This document shows, piece by piece, positions 1 to 12,748 of a stretch of DNA of 64,000 bases. The position numbers were made by a program, and so were the translations under genes. Within the stretch, counting starts at the first letter, position 1. Each line of letters opens with the position of its first letter. The notes under the pieces are model-generated. The model had not been told where the DNA came from and did no database searches. It saw only the letters and a program-made list of their open reading frames with translations. Origin of the DNA: Cercozoa sp. M6MM. Lineage: Eukaryota; Protista; Endomyxa: Ascetosporea. The stretch lies in assembly GCA_040357565.1 (NCBI GenBank), contig JBDODJ010000003.1; one strand, 5' to 3'.

Positions 1-1469
1 GGGGGGGGGGGTAAAAAGTACCTCTCGCAGCGTATGTTCGTATTTGGAGTACTCTTGCACGTGCTCATCTCTCACCTTGGTCTGTGTGAACATAGCTTTC
101 AACAAGCCCACACTAACAAGGTTGCTCACACCTTGGCCACAGCGTAGGGTTCGCTTCCGCGTGGACGAGTGCGTGACAGAGGCACGCGACTGTGTTGCAG
201 CAACGTCCTAAACATGGGGGGTAGGGGATTCGAAGAGTAAAGGACAAGAGGGTAAAAGTGCAAAGAAGGATGGGCGGGGGGGGGGGGGATAAAACCGATC
301 AATGTCGCGCACGCGGTAGATTTTCGTCGGCGACTGCGGAAACAAGTCGAGCAGCGCCGCTGAGAGCAAAAACGCGAAATTCCACGCAAAAAACGCCAAA
401 ATTCGCCGAAATTGCGGCTCAAAATGCAATTTTGTACCGCGAAATTCGTCGCGAATCGCGTTCAGTTTCAGTGCCGCTGCCTGTCCAAACAGCAGTCCAA
501 ATAACCGTCCGCAATCCGAAATCGCATCCTTAATAACTCAAATAAATAGACTTTTTTGTACATGTTTGCGATCGGTCTTTTTCCGTTTGTGTGGGTGTTT
601 CGATGGTGCCTGTAGCCACGAAACAAGCTTATTCGACTGTAGTCAAGACAAGGTCAAAGGGAAGAGAAACGACTACAGCAGCGACATAAGTTTCGCTTTC
701 GTCCTGATCGAGCATCTCGTGTTCCTGCTCGTCCAAACGACGCGAACTCCGCGTGCTACGTCCGCTCACTGTGCTCATGTCCGCTGGGGGTAAAGGGAGG
801 TAGGAGTAAAGGGGCTAAATAAATGTGGTCGGGGGTAAAGCTACCTTCACTCTCGGGCAGAGCGCCGCGTTCGGCACGACGCCGCTGTTCGACTTCGCTG
901 AGCGTGAGCTGCTCGTTGCCGCGGAACCACACCTTCTCCTCCTACCGGGGGGGGGGGGGTAAAGGAAGCAAAAGGAGGTGGGAAGGAAGTAAATGCGTCT
1001 CACTCGAGCGAGATCCTGCATCAGGAGTTCCGTCATATCGAGAGCGACCTCAGGTGCCTGCACCGGCGTACTGGCCATGCTGTCGATCACACTGGTGCTG
1101 CAGCAGTCACACCCACACAGAGTAACACGCGCACAACAAGAAAGGACAGATGAAAGTACCGCGCACAAAAGTGCATGATTTCGTGCATCGAGAAGAACTC
1201 CGTCTCGTCAAGAGCATCCTCCCAGCAGATGCGTCGACCCTGTGTTTCTCCCATAAACAAACAGACACGACTCTATTGCCCAAACACCTCATCGTTCAAC
1301 GAATCGTAGACCTGACCCGTGGGTCCCACCTCGTCCTCATTGTTGTGGTAGTAGCGCCCATACTGCACGGAAATTCTCTCCTGGGCAGACCCACAGGGCA
1401 CACAAAAACACCATCACAGGGAAACTGTACCAAAGTGTAAGGCCGGCGATGTCGCGCCGAATTAGTCAT
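1..1469 (-). CDS. Hypothetical multi-exon protein, 3' end outside window
   Basis: Ten consecutive exons splice in phase through GT-AG introns from ATG 1469: MTNSARHRRPYTL|ERISVQYGRYY...|GRRICWEDALDETEFFSMHEIMHFCAR|...|AALLDLFPQSPTKIYRVRDIDR|...|TKVRDEHVQEYSKYEHTLRE. No family recognised. Confidence 0.7.
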
Positions 1470-1591
1470 GCTGTATTAAAAACCACTATACCAGCACAAG
1501 TTAGCACTAGCTGGGGGCGCGGCTGGGCTCTCAGCAGCTAAAGTTAAAATTTTACAAAGACAAGTTATACTGTGCTAGAGTCTGTGTTGTC

Positions 1592-4115
1592 ATGTGCAAC
1601 TACAACTATGATAATCCAGGACGATGGAAACGCTTGTTTCGCACGTGTCCGGTGACCTGTGCGTCAGTGGTATTTTTAATCGCGATGTCGTTGACAGCTG
1701 TCGTCGCGTTTCTTCAGTCGTCCGCGCGGAGGCGGTCAGCTTTTCTTGAAGCCCAGAGGACAGTGCAACAGGGACAGGACTTTTACATGATCGCAGCGAA
1801 CTTTTACAACAACGCAGAGTCAGTAACTTGTGCTTTCGGCTCGAACTGCGTGGATGTGGATATTCGTAGCTCCCGCGGACGCTCGAGGAGATCGAAAAGC
1901 TTCTGAGAATTCTCAACTCAAACAAACTCGAGAATCAGCGCGTCCTGCTCTCCGTGTATGAGGTCGGTTTCGCATGCTGACTGCACTGTTCTGTGTTTAG
2001 CTTGCACGTGCACAGAGTGCGAGCCTGGATGGAACTCCCGGCATCGTTCGCAGTTGGCGGCGTCACTTGCGTTCCCTCGGCGTGCCTGCTGTCGTATTGT
2101 TGTCACTGACGCTTTCTTCTCTTTGTGTGCTGTTGGAGTTATCTGAATATCTGTAGATCCGGGCAGACAGCGATGCGGAAAACTACGCCGAACGATGGCG
2201 TCGGCACAATTTGCCGCAACAGTATTGGGAGCAGGACGATATTCGGGCACCCAACAAGGTATTTATCTACTCTTATATAAGGTGAAGTTTATGTGTGTAA
2301 CAACCGCACTTAGGCCAGGATAGACTTCATGGCCGAACTGCGCAACGAAGCGATGGCACCCTTCCTGGCCGAGCAGGGCATCTACACTGTCGACAGGGAG
2401 ACAGGCCAGTTCGCAAGTGACATGCGAAAGGCACATGAGTGGTTTCAACGTGCCAAAGTACTCTCGTTTTTCTTCTGTTTTTGTGTTTCGATTAAAGCAT
2501 TGCAGTACGTTGTTTCTTCTGCTGTTGGCAGGACCTGTCGAACGTTAAAGTCGTCTTTCTCAACGACATTGTGTTCGATGCTGCCGACATTGTTTCACTT
2601 GTCGGCACCAACAATGGAGTACCTGCAGCTGCACACACTCACAGTCTCTATTTAAGACGTGAATAGTGTATTTTGTATGTGTGTTCTTGGTAGAAATACG
2701 ATGCAGCATGTGCAATGGATTTCTTTGGTGCCTTCTACGACACCTGGGTCACGCGCGACCTCAACGGCGACGTGCTGAGCGGCTACCACCCTTACGTGGC
2801 CGAAACCAATGCGCAGGTATTTTTGTGCTCAAACCCGGCTATGTTTGTGTTGTACGTTTTTTTTTTTTGCTTTAGGCAAAAGCAAAGAAATACGAGCCGT
2901 TTCAGGTTTACTCTTGCTGGAATGGTAGTTTTCGACTGCTCGCATCGAGTATTCTTTATAGCTTTTCATTTGAATAATAGGTGCTGTTGTCTTCCGCGCG
3001 GAATCCTTGCGTGGGGTATGGTTTTCTTTTAAGTTTGTGTTTTTTCTTTGGCTTTTCATTGATGAGAATGCAGCTCAAGTTTCGTTCGTGGAAGCATGGC
3101 GAACTGCGCAGCGTACATTGAGTTTTATACCTTCCTTCTCGAAGAGCAGTTAACTGGTTCCGCATGCAGCCTGCACTGGAGCCGTCAGTGACCCAAGTCA
3201 CGCCAGTCGCGGTGCCACTGATCACCGTAAGTGTCACTGATGACGGCCGAGGCTCTGTTCAGTTGCAAGGTAGCTGCCAGTGCAACTGTCTTGTTTCGTT
3301 CTGTCAAGAGAAGATTGAAATAGGCGGTCGTGCCGAGTATGATACGAGTGAGCGACCACCCTTGTTTTGTGACCCGGCGTTTCTCGACGATCCACGACTT
3401 AGCCACGCTGACAAAGCGGAGTTGACCCGGAAAGCTGTTGCACTTCGGTTGGTTCAGTTTTCATATGTGCGTTGGTATGGATTCACACTGAATACCTTTT
3501 GCAGCGAGAAACAGAACATGGACTGCTGTGCTGCAAGCGAATGTCAACTCATGTAAACTGGACTGAATTGGCTTCTTCTGACTGACTAAAGGAATGGTGT
3601 TGGCTCTGTAGTTTCAAGGACATGTGGCTTAAGCAGCAAGCTTCTGAACGGAGGATACCCAAGGTTTACATCAACCCTGTTGTTCAAGTGACCTACGACA
3701 GTGACAGCTTTGCGACTCGCCGCATGCTCTGGCCGTTTTTGGACTCGCTGCTGTCGGTGCTGGCGCCTGCGCTGATACCTTCCGACCGAACAAAAACCAG
3801 TACAGGTGCCTGTGTTTCCAGACCTTTCTTGTATAGTGCATGATCATTGTTCACGTTGGTTTCAACAGGCTCGCCTCTGCAAACGTTGCTGTGTGATCAA
3901 GCACGCGAAAGCGACCCCAATGTTATCAGTCGTCTTGTGTGGTGCGTGCCGATGTTTACTTTTGAATCTGCCGACGCTGTATCCAGTTAAGTATGCACTA
4001 GCAGGTTCGGCGTATGTGCCGCCATCTTGCTCGTTTCGGGCGTGGCGCAGTTGCTCCTCAAACGACGCGACATTGCGCGAATTTTGCGGTCGCTGATGAT
4101 GCGAAGGCGCGATAG
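1592..4115 (+). CDS. CAP59/CMT1-like alpha-1,3-mannosyltransferase (GT69), type II membrane protein
   Basis: N-terminal TM, then spliced motifs AANFYNNAE, VYESASLDGT, RIDFMAELRNEAMAP, VVFLNDIVF, YDAACAMDF, FYDTWVTRD, PFQVYSCWNG, CAASECQL, VYINPVVQVTY, all typical of CAP59_mtransfer. Confidence 0.88.
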
Positions 4116-4426
4116 CAGCGCTGTATACAGCCCTGTTTCCGTGTAATGTGTCCAGACACTCCACTACTGCCGATGCTTATTCAGACAGTCCAGACACTCC
4201 ACTACTGCCGGGCCGACCTGCACTTTTGGAAGTCGGGGAACGTCGTTCTTGAGGCAGTTAAGTTAACATGAGAGTTTCCGTTTCGCAACGCAACATCGTA
4301 ACATCATCCGGTTTAAAAAATCAATGCAGGGTTTGCCAGTTTTTAGGCTTCAGCTTGATTTGGCAGTCCTGGCGCTAGAAGTCAAATTAGCCGCTCTTTT
4401 GGCACTGCTTTAATCTTGGCACGCGC

Positions 4427-5417
4427 ATGCTCTTATCATTGGCGTGCCTAGGTGCCATTCAGCTCATCCTTGGTGTTGTTGGTCGAGCCGAGAAGGGCAA
4501 GGACAAGACGCGAAACTCACTGCACTGGCAAAGACGGCTTCAGCATGCGTCTTCTCTCGTGTTTCTGGCGGTGACACCTGTACCTTCAATAGCATAGGTA
4601 GACAGGTGTGTGTTGACAGTGCGCTTTGCCAATTTACGACGAAAGGAACTGCCGAGTTGGGTGCTGTTTGTGATCGCGACGTGCCTGTTCTCGTGTGCTT
4701 GGCTGCGACGAGTGTCTGTCTCGTTCAACTCGATTTTTGTGCGTTCACTGGACGGCATCTTGCGCGAGTACTTATGCTCTAGCTTTGTGTTTCATGTACC
4801 TTTTTATGACACCTGTATCTAGGCATGAGAAGAGGAAGCCAGTGGCACCGTCGGCAGCCTACTCGGTGCTGGCTGCTGCTGTATTGCGCACACTGAGTCT
4901 ACACAATGATGTCTGTGTGGCCCTCCTACATGCTGCACTTGCCGATCCTCTGGCTGTAGTACAGTTTGTATATACATATATATATATATATATGTATATT
5001 CATTCTGTTGATATGGAGGGTTATGGTGTGGCTCGCAGGCCATCGTGGGTAGTTCGCTGCAATCGCAGAAACTGAGATGGCCGCTGTGTGCGCGCAAGTC
5101 AGTGGCCGGTCTACTCGCATGTGTCGCTGTCTGCACTGCCGTCAATGCCGCCTGCTTTGTCTGGCTTCCCGTACCTTTTATGCCTACTACCTACTGCCTG
5201 CATTACATCATGGCTTGACCAGGTGCAAACTGGGTCCTTTGTCGACGCTGTGCGAGGTCTGTCATCAACGTGGCGCGTGTCGATTGGACTGCTGGGTGCT
5301 GGCGTGCTGTGCGGACTCACGGAGGCACTTGACATCTTTGTCCTCTTTGACGACAATCTGCTGCTGCCGCTGCTGTCTGCGCTGATCCTTCGCGTGCTCG
5401 CTTTTGTGCTTAACTAG
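4427..5417 (+). CDS. CTP-dependent polyprenol/diacylglycerol kinase family (Dgk1/phytol kinase-like) membrane protein
   Basis: Multi-TM protein with RRLQH, LREHE, ADPLAGIVG, KSVAG and DDNLLLP motifs. Confidence 0.8.
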
Positions 5418-5649
5418 TTGACCATGCGTGATGCCGTACAGACTAAAAGCACAAACGACGTCGGCTCCAGCTCGCTTCGAGCTCGAGTTCACGGCTGGCA
5501 CAGTTTCCGTCAGTCGTTTTTCATTATGGCTGTGTGTTTGTTGGAGCTACTGCAGACGATATTAGCGCCTGGTTGGTGGTGAAAGGAGGTTAAGTTACTT
5601 ACAGTGCCCTTGACTAGTACAAACGAGAGCTTAAGCCCTTGACTACTAA

Positions 5650-6979
5650 TCAGTTTTCGCAGCCGATGTAGGCGGCGTCCACATCAATCAAGTCATCAAG
5701 TTTCATGACTCCGTAGTGCGGACGCACGACAGAGCCGAGGTACAGCTCGTCGCCAACGACTGCGGCACGCACACAATAGATCAGGATACACAACAACGTG
5801 TTGAATGATGCATGAATATGCTATGCTACCTTCAGCTTCGGCCACTTGACCAAAGTTGGCACCCGTGAGATCAATCCAGGTCTCCAACACGCGGCCCGTT
5901 GCCGACACTACCTTGACCAAACCGAGTGAATCGAACTTGGAGATAACGCTCAGAGGGTCCTGCTGCAGCATGAACTCCTGGATTTCCTCGTGCTCCTGGA
6001 TGGCCGTGACCCAGTCCTGCGTCTCTGTGAAGAGACCGACGAGGTACTTGTCGTTGCCCCACGATTTGAGGTTGTCGGCGTAGCCGCCAATGTCTTGCAC
6101 AAAGACGTCGTTCTGACCAGCACGCTCGCCAGTCAAGTAGTAGCGACGCAGACGGCGCGCATTCGTTCTTTTGCAAAGATACACAGTATCAGATACTACA
6201 ATAAATGTCAACTGTACTGCATTGAACTCACTCGTTGATAATGATGCCCGCAGGATCCTTTCTGGTTCCGTTGCCGTCACGACCGGACCAGTACTGAATG
6301 CCGTTGGCGAAAGCGAGGTCATCGACGAGAACCTCAAGCTCTCCCGTATTGAGGTCAAGCTTGATCAGCTTACCGTCAGGCGTGTTGTCTGTGCAAGCAG
6401 TCATTCATAATCAAGAAACACCTTAACAATTTTACTTAACTTGAATAGAAACCTCACAGTACCAACCACAACAGACACGAACTGCAGACGGTAGTACTGA
6501 TCCGACGACGTCGTGAAGTACAATACGTTAGCTTCTTCATCCAGAAGCATTGAATTGGCGAACTACACAGGACCAAGACAGCCTTGTAACACGACACAGT
6601 CTGGCCGAATGACAGTGCGCAGAGTGCATACCTTGATGGGACTGTCATCAGCGTACTTGGACGCCAGAACCTCGACCTGCGACGGGTCGCTTCGAGGAGC
6701 ACGCAGAATGCCACGGTAGGCATCGGCCACATAGAGGTTGTCCTGCGAGTCGAAGAGAATGCCCAGAGGACGGCCGCACGTAAACTCGTTGAGCACTGAC
6801 GTGCCGCACGTGGCACGCTCCTCGGGCGTGAGGTCCGGCTGCGACTGGAAGTACACCTCGTTGGCACCCGACGCGTCGTCCGTCACTTTGCGAACAGAGC
6901 CGTCGCCGTTCGAAAAGTATGTCACACCAGCCGAGTCATCTAATTTTACCAAACAAAACATTGGCAAAATACAACAAGA

Positions 6980-7030
<51 letters not shown>

Positions 7031-7040
7031 NNNNNNNNNN

Positions 7041-7092
<52 letters not shown>

Positions 7093-7338
7093 CGAATGCA
7101 CGAGCAAACGATTCCGGTCCGTTCGTTCCGTCGGTACCCTGGGCAACAAAAAGCAACAAAAATACACATTCACAAAATGTAGTGGTGGTGATCGCTGAGG
7201 CGCAAGAAGAGGTACCTTAAGCGACACCTCGCCAAAAAGCTTAATCTTCTCGCCCAAAGCCTTGTTGTCACAACGCTCAGCTGCAACGGCACTGGCAAAG
7301 GCAGAAATTGAAAGGAGCACGGTGGCGGCGAGTTTCAT
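5650..7338 (-). CDS. Strictosidine synthase-like/APMAP beta-propeller, secreted
   Basis: Signal peptide MKLAATVLLSISAFASAVAA; motifs GPESFA, CGRPLGI, LYVADAYRGI, FAN, LAFANGI, GYADNL, LYLGS. Confidence 0.9.
6984..7087. repeat. (GA)n microsatellite in an intron, with assembly gap
   Basis: Pure GA dinucleotide run flanking 10 N. Confidence 0.95.
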
Positions 7339-7582
7339 CACAGGGGCAACGAAAGTATCCTCACAGCCGAGTGTACACTGAAGCAAACAATGCAAAAACG
7401 AAAGACAAGGAGACGACGGTTCGGCTTTGCAACGGACATCAGCAAGCCAGCCAAAAAGGGTTATGGGGTGATTCCGATCTGATCGCTCGTGCCGATCATC
7501 CCTGTTGAATCGCTCCGAACATCCAGATCGGAGAGTCAACAAGTTTATTATTCGAGTCATCCATCGGCATCACCGAAGAAAA

Positions 7583-8002
7583 ATGCACCGAACCGAGTAC
7601 AACAGTGAAAGAAAGTGGGTAGTACAATCTGTACAAGCTTCCACAAAGAATACTTCTTGAGACCGGGTGGAGCGCTCAAAAGTGGATTTCTTCAGTTTTC
7701 TCAACGCCGCCAAAAGAATCAACCACCACAGTACTGTACAGTATCTTTGGCACAGCAAATAATTCAGGTTGAAGTTAGATCCCTCAGTATGCGCATGCCT
7801 GTGCACTAATCTAATTTTGCACATGCCAAAGTCCACCGGGTTCATCAGCCGATCACATGGCTTTGTGAGACGGCAGGGAGGTGCCAATAGGACGGGAGCT
7901 ACTGCCTGTACTCGGGCCGTTAGACAGCAGTCGGTCGTGCGCTGCAGCGTCGAAACTTGTGCAGAAGCAGACATGTGCCTCTCTACCGCTCTCTTTGTGC
8001 GT

Positions 8003-8054
<52 letters not shown>

Positions 8055-8921
8055 CTTTTCGCATTGCCTAAGTTGCCACAGCGAAGCACTCACTGCAAGA
8101 GTCGTTGAGTTTTTATTGTTTGCGCGTTCGCAAATAAACTGCAGTGTCGAAGCTGCACGGGGGTAATCTGTTGTTTTTAGTTTGTTTCGCTGAAAGATGA
8201 GAAAGCAAAAACAGAGCGCCGAATGACCGAAAGCTGCGCCGTTTGGTGCAAATTCTCGACACTTGGCGGGCGAGCTTGGCACAAATCGGTGTGATTTCAG
8301 CGCACAAATTCGATTCCAGAATTTGCACCTTGATGTTTTGTTTTGTCTGTAGAAGCAGCAGAGGCTGTCATATGCTTTGGCTCGAATCCGGCCGAGCCCG
8401 ATGAAGTTTATGTTCTACACTTAAACCCAGGTTTGCTATCATTTTGCTCGTTGATTCGGCACAGGATGAAATACTGTAGATCAAAACGCAAATGTACTGC
8501 TTCGCCAGCTGTTGCGAACAATAACTGCCGAGAGTTGTGTGTTCACCTGCTTTTCAACTGCTTTGTTGGGAAACATATTTGGTAACGTATATCTGTTAGG
8601 CTTCCGCAAGAAATTGCGAAAGACGGCTTTGCGAATATACGTTCGTGGCTCTGTGCCACCCGATCGCGAAGAAACGACTGAAGTTGTCTCGCGTTCTTCG
8701 TATGCATTCTTGCAATTTAACGCTATATTTATTGTGCCAGTGTGCATCATTTTCTTGTTTGTTGAAGGGTGAAATCTGCAATAAACAATGCTAAGGTCAG
8801 ATGCAACATCAGCGCAATGAATATAACCAACACGAGGAACTCTGAATGCACTAACTCTGACGAAACAGAGGATTGGATCCTAATGACGCCTGTGTTGCCA
8901 ATCCGAAGTTTATCAGTCTAA
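7583..8921 (+). CDS. Possible divergent HORMA protein, p31comet (MAD2L1BP)-like; 5' structure uncertain
   Basis: Candidate exons CACLCTNLILHM, REVPIGRELL, AVICFGSNPAEPDEVYVLHL and terminal EDWILMTPVLPIRSLSV* occur in the same order as recalled p31comet motifs. Confidence 0.35.
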
Positions 8922-9223
8922 TCATAAGTACTAATCGAATTTAAACCGATCAGCATCAGCTAAAACGTAAACTGACTACTCACTCAGTGTACCTGGCGCC
9001 GTTGCAGATGATGCGCGGCATCTTCCCGTCGCAGCAAAGTTTTACAAGCAACTCAATTGCAAAATTAAAGATCGAATTGACCTTGAGCGTTTCCCCAGGT
9101 GAGAAAAATGCGTCGTTCATTCATCGCGATTTTGGCACCTCGAGCTCAACACGAGACTTGCGTGCTCGACACTCCAGTACTAGCGGTGTGTGCCCTCGGG
9201 GTTGTCAGAATTCAAACACTCGG

Positions 9224-12200
9224 ATGTCACACCCAGGACCTGCAAATGGTCAGCCGCGTCGGCGTCGGCGGAATTCAGCAGATCTGTCGGATGAGTTGAA
9301 AGCAATGACGCACGAGACAGTTTTTGCCGAGATCGACGCAGCGGTTGCTGCGAACGAACTCGAGCAGTCGGAAGCCGACGAGATGAAAGTCCTTTTCACG
9401 GACCTTCACACTGCAGTTTTGGTGACGTACGACCGCGAAAAGTTACTTCTCGAACTTGCCCAAAGGCATAAGCAGTTGGAAGACAGTTTGCGAGGAGAGT
9501 TAACAGAGTTACAACGTCAACTGACGGACAAAAGGCGAAAGATCAGCGTGATTCAAAAGGAAGTTGAAGACGGCACAACAGCTAACCAAGAAGAAGAGCA
9601 GCGTCTTCGGGTGTTGCAGTTTGAGTTGGAAGAATTGCTTCGCGAGCAGTCTGACGCGGAAAAGGAGCTCGAAACGCGCCGAAATGAATACGAAAGACGG
9701 TACCACTCGATTTTGGAACGGCTTGAAGAGCGCACTGCCGAGTTGAAGGTCGAGGAGGAGCGGGACAAATCATCATTGGAGAAAGAACGAGAAAGCGAGA
9801 TCGCAATGCAAGAAGAGGAGAAACTGTTGCACAGCAAGATTTCGCAGCAGCAAGAAGCTGTAGAAGTGGCAAGGCGCGAGTTGCTAGCCTCGCATATGCG
9901 ACCGCAGGAGATCCGAGCGAGCTTGCAGCGCATGGACAATCGAGTGCAAGCTCTCGAAAATCGGAAAAAGCAGCAGGTGACGGCAAAAGAGAAAGCGGTC
10001 GAAGAACACACCGACATGGTTTTGCGGATCGAAGAGCTACAAAGACAGTTTGACAAAGGCACATTTGACTGCACTGTGGCAGAGTCCAAGTTAATCGCCA
10101 TGAAGGAGTCTTGCACCAAACTCCAGGCCCGGGCTCAGAAGACGCGCAACGCGATCGATCGCGTGATGGAGAGCAAAGTCATTGTGGAGACGGACATTTC
10201 GTTGGAGAACAAAGCCATCAAGGATTACGAGCAACAAAAGGAGCGTTTCCGTGCGAAGTTCGTCACTTGTCGCAGGAAACATGAAAAGTTACGCCGAGCT
10301 ATCGACAAGCTTCGAGCGGAGAAACCGGCGTTACAACAGTTGATTACCTCGACCGTGGCTCGCATTTCCCGCACTGAGACGGAAGTGGAGCAAAACAAGG
10401 CGAAAATCATTGACCACCTCGAAGACACCGAACACTTAATGGCTGCCGCTTTGCACGAAGAAATGCGCGCGGAAAAGGAGGTGGCGGCGGTCGACGACAT
10501 TCGCAGCACCCACAAGCAGCTTGAGATTCAAATTCAGGATGCGTAAATTTACTCTAAATCCACGCAGTCTAAACACACTGGATCTGATTGACTTGTTTGA
10601 ATTCGGTGCAATTCTGCAGTGCCGACCAAGCAAAGATTGTGAAATCGGAAGTTGCGAAAGCACGTGCTCGACGAGAGAATATTGTCGTAAACATCAGCAA
10701 CAAAGCGGCGGAGTTGAAGGAGAAAAAGGTGCAAGTGGCACTGCTAGAACATGAATCGATCGAGCAGTGGCAAGCACAGCGACAGATCACGCGTGCACTC
10801 GATCACTGTCGGACCGAGTACGATGTCATCAAGATGCAAAGGAACAAATTCGCGACCGGAGCTGCACACGCTGCACAAGAGTGCGCCGAGCTGAGTGAGC
10901 GCATCGAGCTGCTGAAGAACGAGCTTGAGATACTAAGAAACGAATCGGAGAGCAAATCACGTCAGCTTGCGGAGGAGGCTCGGGTACTGGAAGCCGCAAC
11001 AGTCACGCGCGATGAACTTCGACAAGAAGTCAACAACGCGTCGGATTCCTTGTCCAAGTTGTACGCAGATCAAGCACAGCTCGACCGAGACATAGCCTTT
11101 GAGCAACAAACACTCGGTGTTCTCGACAAGGACATGGCGGAACTGCGCGAGCGGTTTGTGCGAGCGACCGCGAGGCGAAACCGCGTCGGATTGCAGCTGG
11201 TTGATCGCAATGATGAACTGGCAGTGCTGTACGAAAAACAGAACGTTTTGCAAAAGGTGCTTGGCGATGCGCAGCAGCAACTCAATGGCAAGGAAGAACA
11301 GATCACGGCAGTGCAGCTTGAGTTACGCGAGCTCCTCACGCGCATCGATGCTGTGCAGGCACGAGCACCTTCCGAGCGTGAGTACGAAACCGTGACGAAG
11401 CAGCAGCAGGATCTTTTGTCCGAACTCGAGACTCTAAAGGAAAAGTTCCAAGAGCTGAGCAACAAGCTCGAAACGCCTGCGCAGGTTGTAAATTTAGACA
11501 CGGATGAAGACGACCGTATGAAGGGAGATTGCAGCACAGACTCAGAACCGTCGGGACGTGTGGTTCGCCACTTAAGTGGCTACGTTCCAACAGTGCAGGA
11601 AGCGTCGACCAAAGCAGAACTGCTCGAAGAGCGTCTTCTCTCCAAGAAAGAGCAACTTCTGCAAAAGGAACTCGTGATCGAAGAAGTAGGCTTCATCAAC
11701 GAACAGCTGCGAGCAAAGGCTGCCGACAATCACGCACTTACTTTGCAACTCGCCGAGAAACTCAACGAGTACCAGGGCAAGGTGCGAAAGCTGACGCGAG
11801 CGATGATGGCCACCGTTGCCGAGCTCAGTTTTAAACAAGTACCAGTTTTTGCCTCACGTCTTGAGTGTCTCCTTCTGTTCTTTGTGCGATCATTGTCGAA
11901 TTTGTCAGGCAACTGCGCTGAAGCTGGAACATGACTGCAAGCTCGCACAGAGCGAGCTGACAGCAGCGAAGCAGCGCCTGCACCGCGGAGAACCACCGAC
12001 CGAGCAGGCAGCACATGAGTGGGCTCGACTTCAGAACGAAAGCGTGCGCCGTCGCAACGCTGCGTTGCGAGCGCAGCGCGAGGCACGTGACATTTTTGAG
12101 ATTGGAGAGGTCCCTTTCAATCAGGCATCAGAAGGTCTGTTTGAGTTGCCATCTACCTTCGATTTCTGTAGCTGCCAGACACACCTGCGGCTGCACAAGC

Positions 12201-12454
12201 TCCAACTAAAGCAGAGACGCGAGCCAATGCGTACATTCCGACCGATGACTTACGCGGCCTCCCTCGTCCTTTTTTGGGCTTTGCCCTCCCCTTCAAGCCG
12301 CAGGTAAATTACAGTTTTCATTTTGCATTGACAAGACTCAGCGGTTTCTTCGGTATTGTAGGTCAACGGTGCACACATGCGGCACTTCCGAGAACCTGCA
12401 ACCTTTGGGGATTTCGAAGACGATGGTGCTGAAAAAACGCGTTCAACTCAGTAG
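9224..12454 (+). CDS. CCDC146: Coiled-coil axonemal protein CCDC146/MBO2
   Basis: Long coiled coil with RNRVGLQLVDRNDELAVLYEK, MMATVAELS and C-terminal RANAYIPTDDLRGLPRPF...PFKP...MRHFREP; four introns. Confidence 0.85.
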
Positions 12455-12748
12455 GTGGCAGTGTCCAGCTGGTTTCTGTTTAATTTCTGGCGCTGAAACT
12501 TTAGTGTACCTAACCATCATCAGTAACTATAACGCGCTGCAATCGAGTTAGTCACTAGCGTAAATTACTTTACGCGCACAAATAAATCTTATGTGGCGAG
12601 ACACCTGCGACAGTCGCCGTGCTGTACTTGTGACGGCCTCATTTTAGTTTGCGCTCGACACTCACTTTTGCGTGAGGAGGTTTACGGTACGTCTTGCGGT
12701 AGAAGGCAAGAAAGAGCACCAAGTACGAATACAATATTGCGTTTCCGA

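Noticed and set aside
4150-4210. CRISPR-like repeat-spacer unit
   Set aside because: Only two repeats, a 15-bp spacer, eukaryotic context and no cas genes.
8987-9223. Longer N-terminus of CCDC146 given by the ORF track
   Set aside because: It starts at GTG and overlaps the likely promoter/UTR. ATG 9224 is the more plausible start, although in-frame ATGs near 9008 are not excluded.
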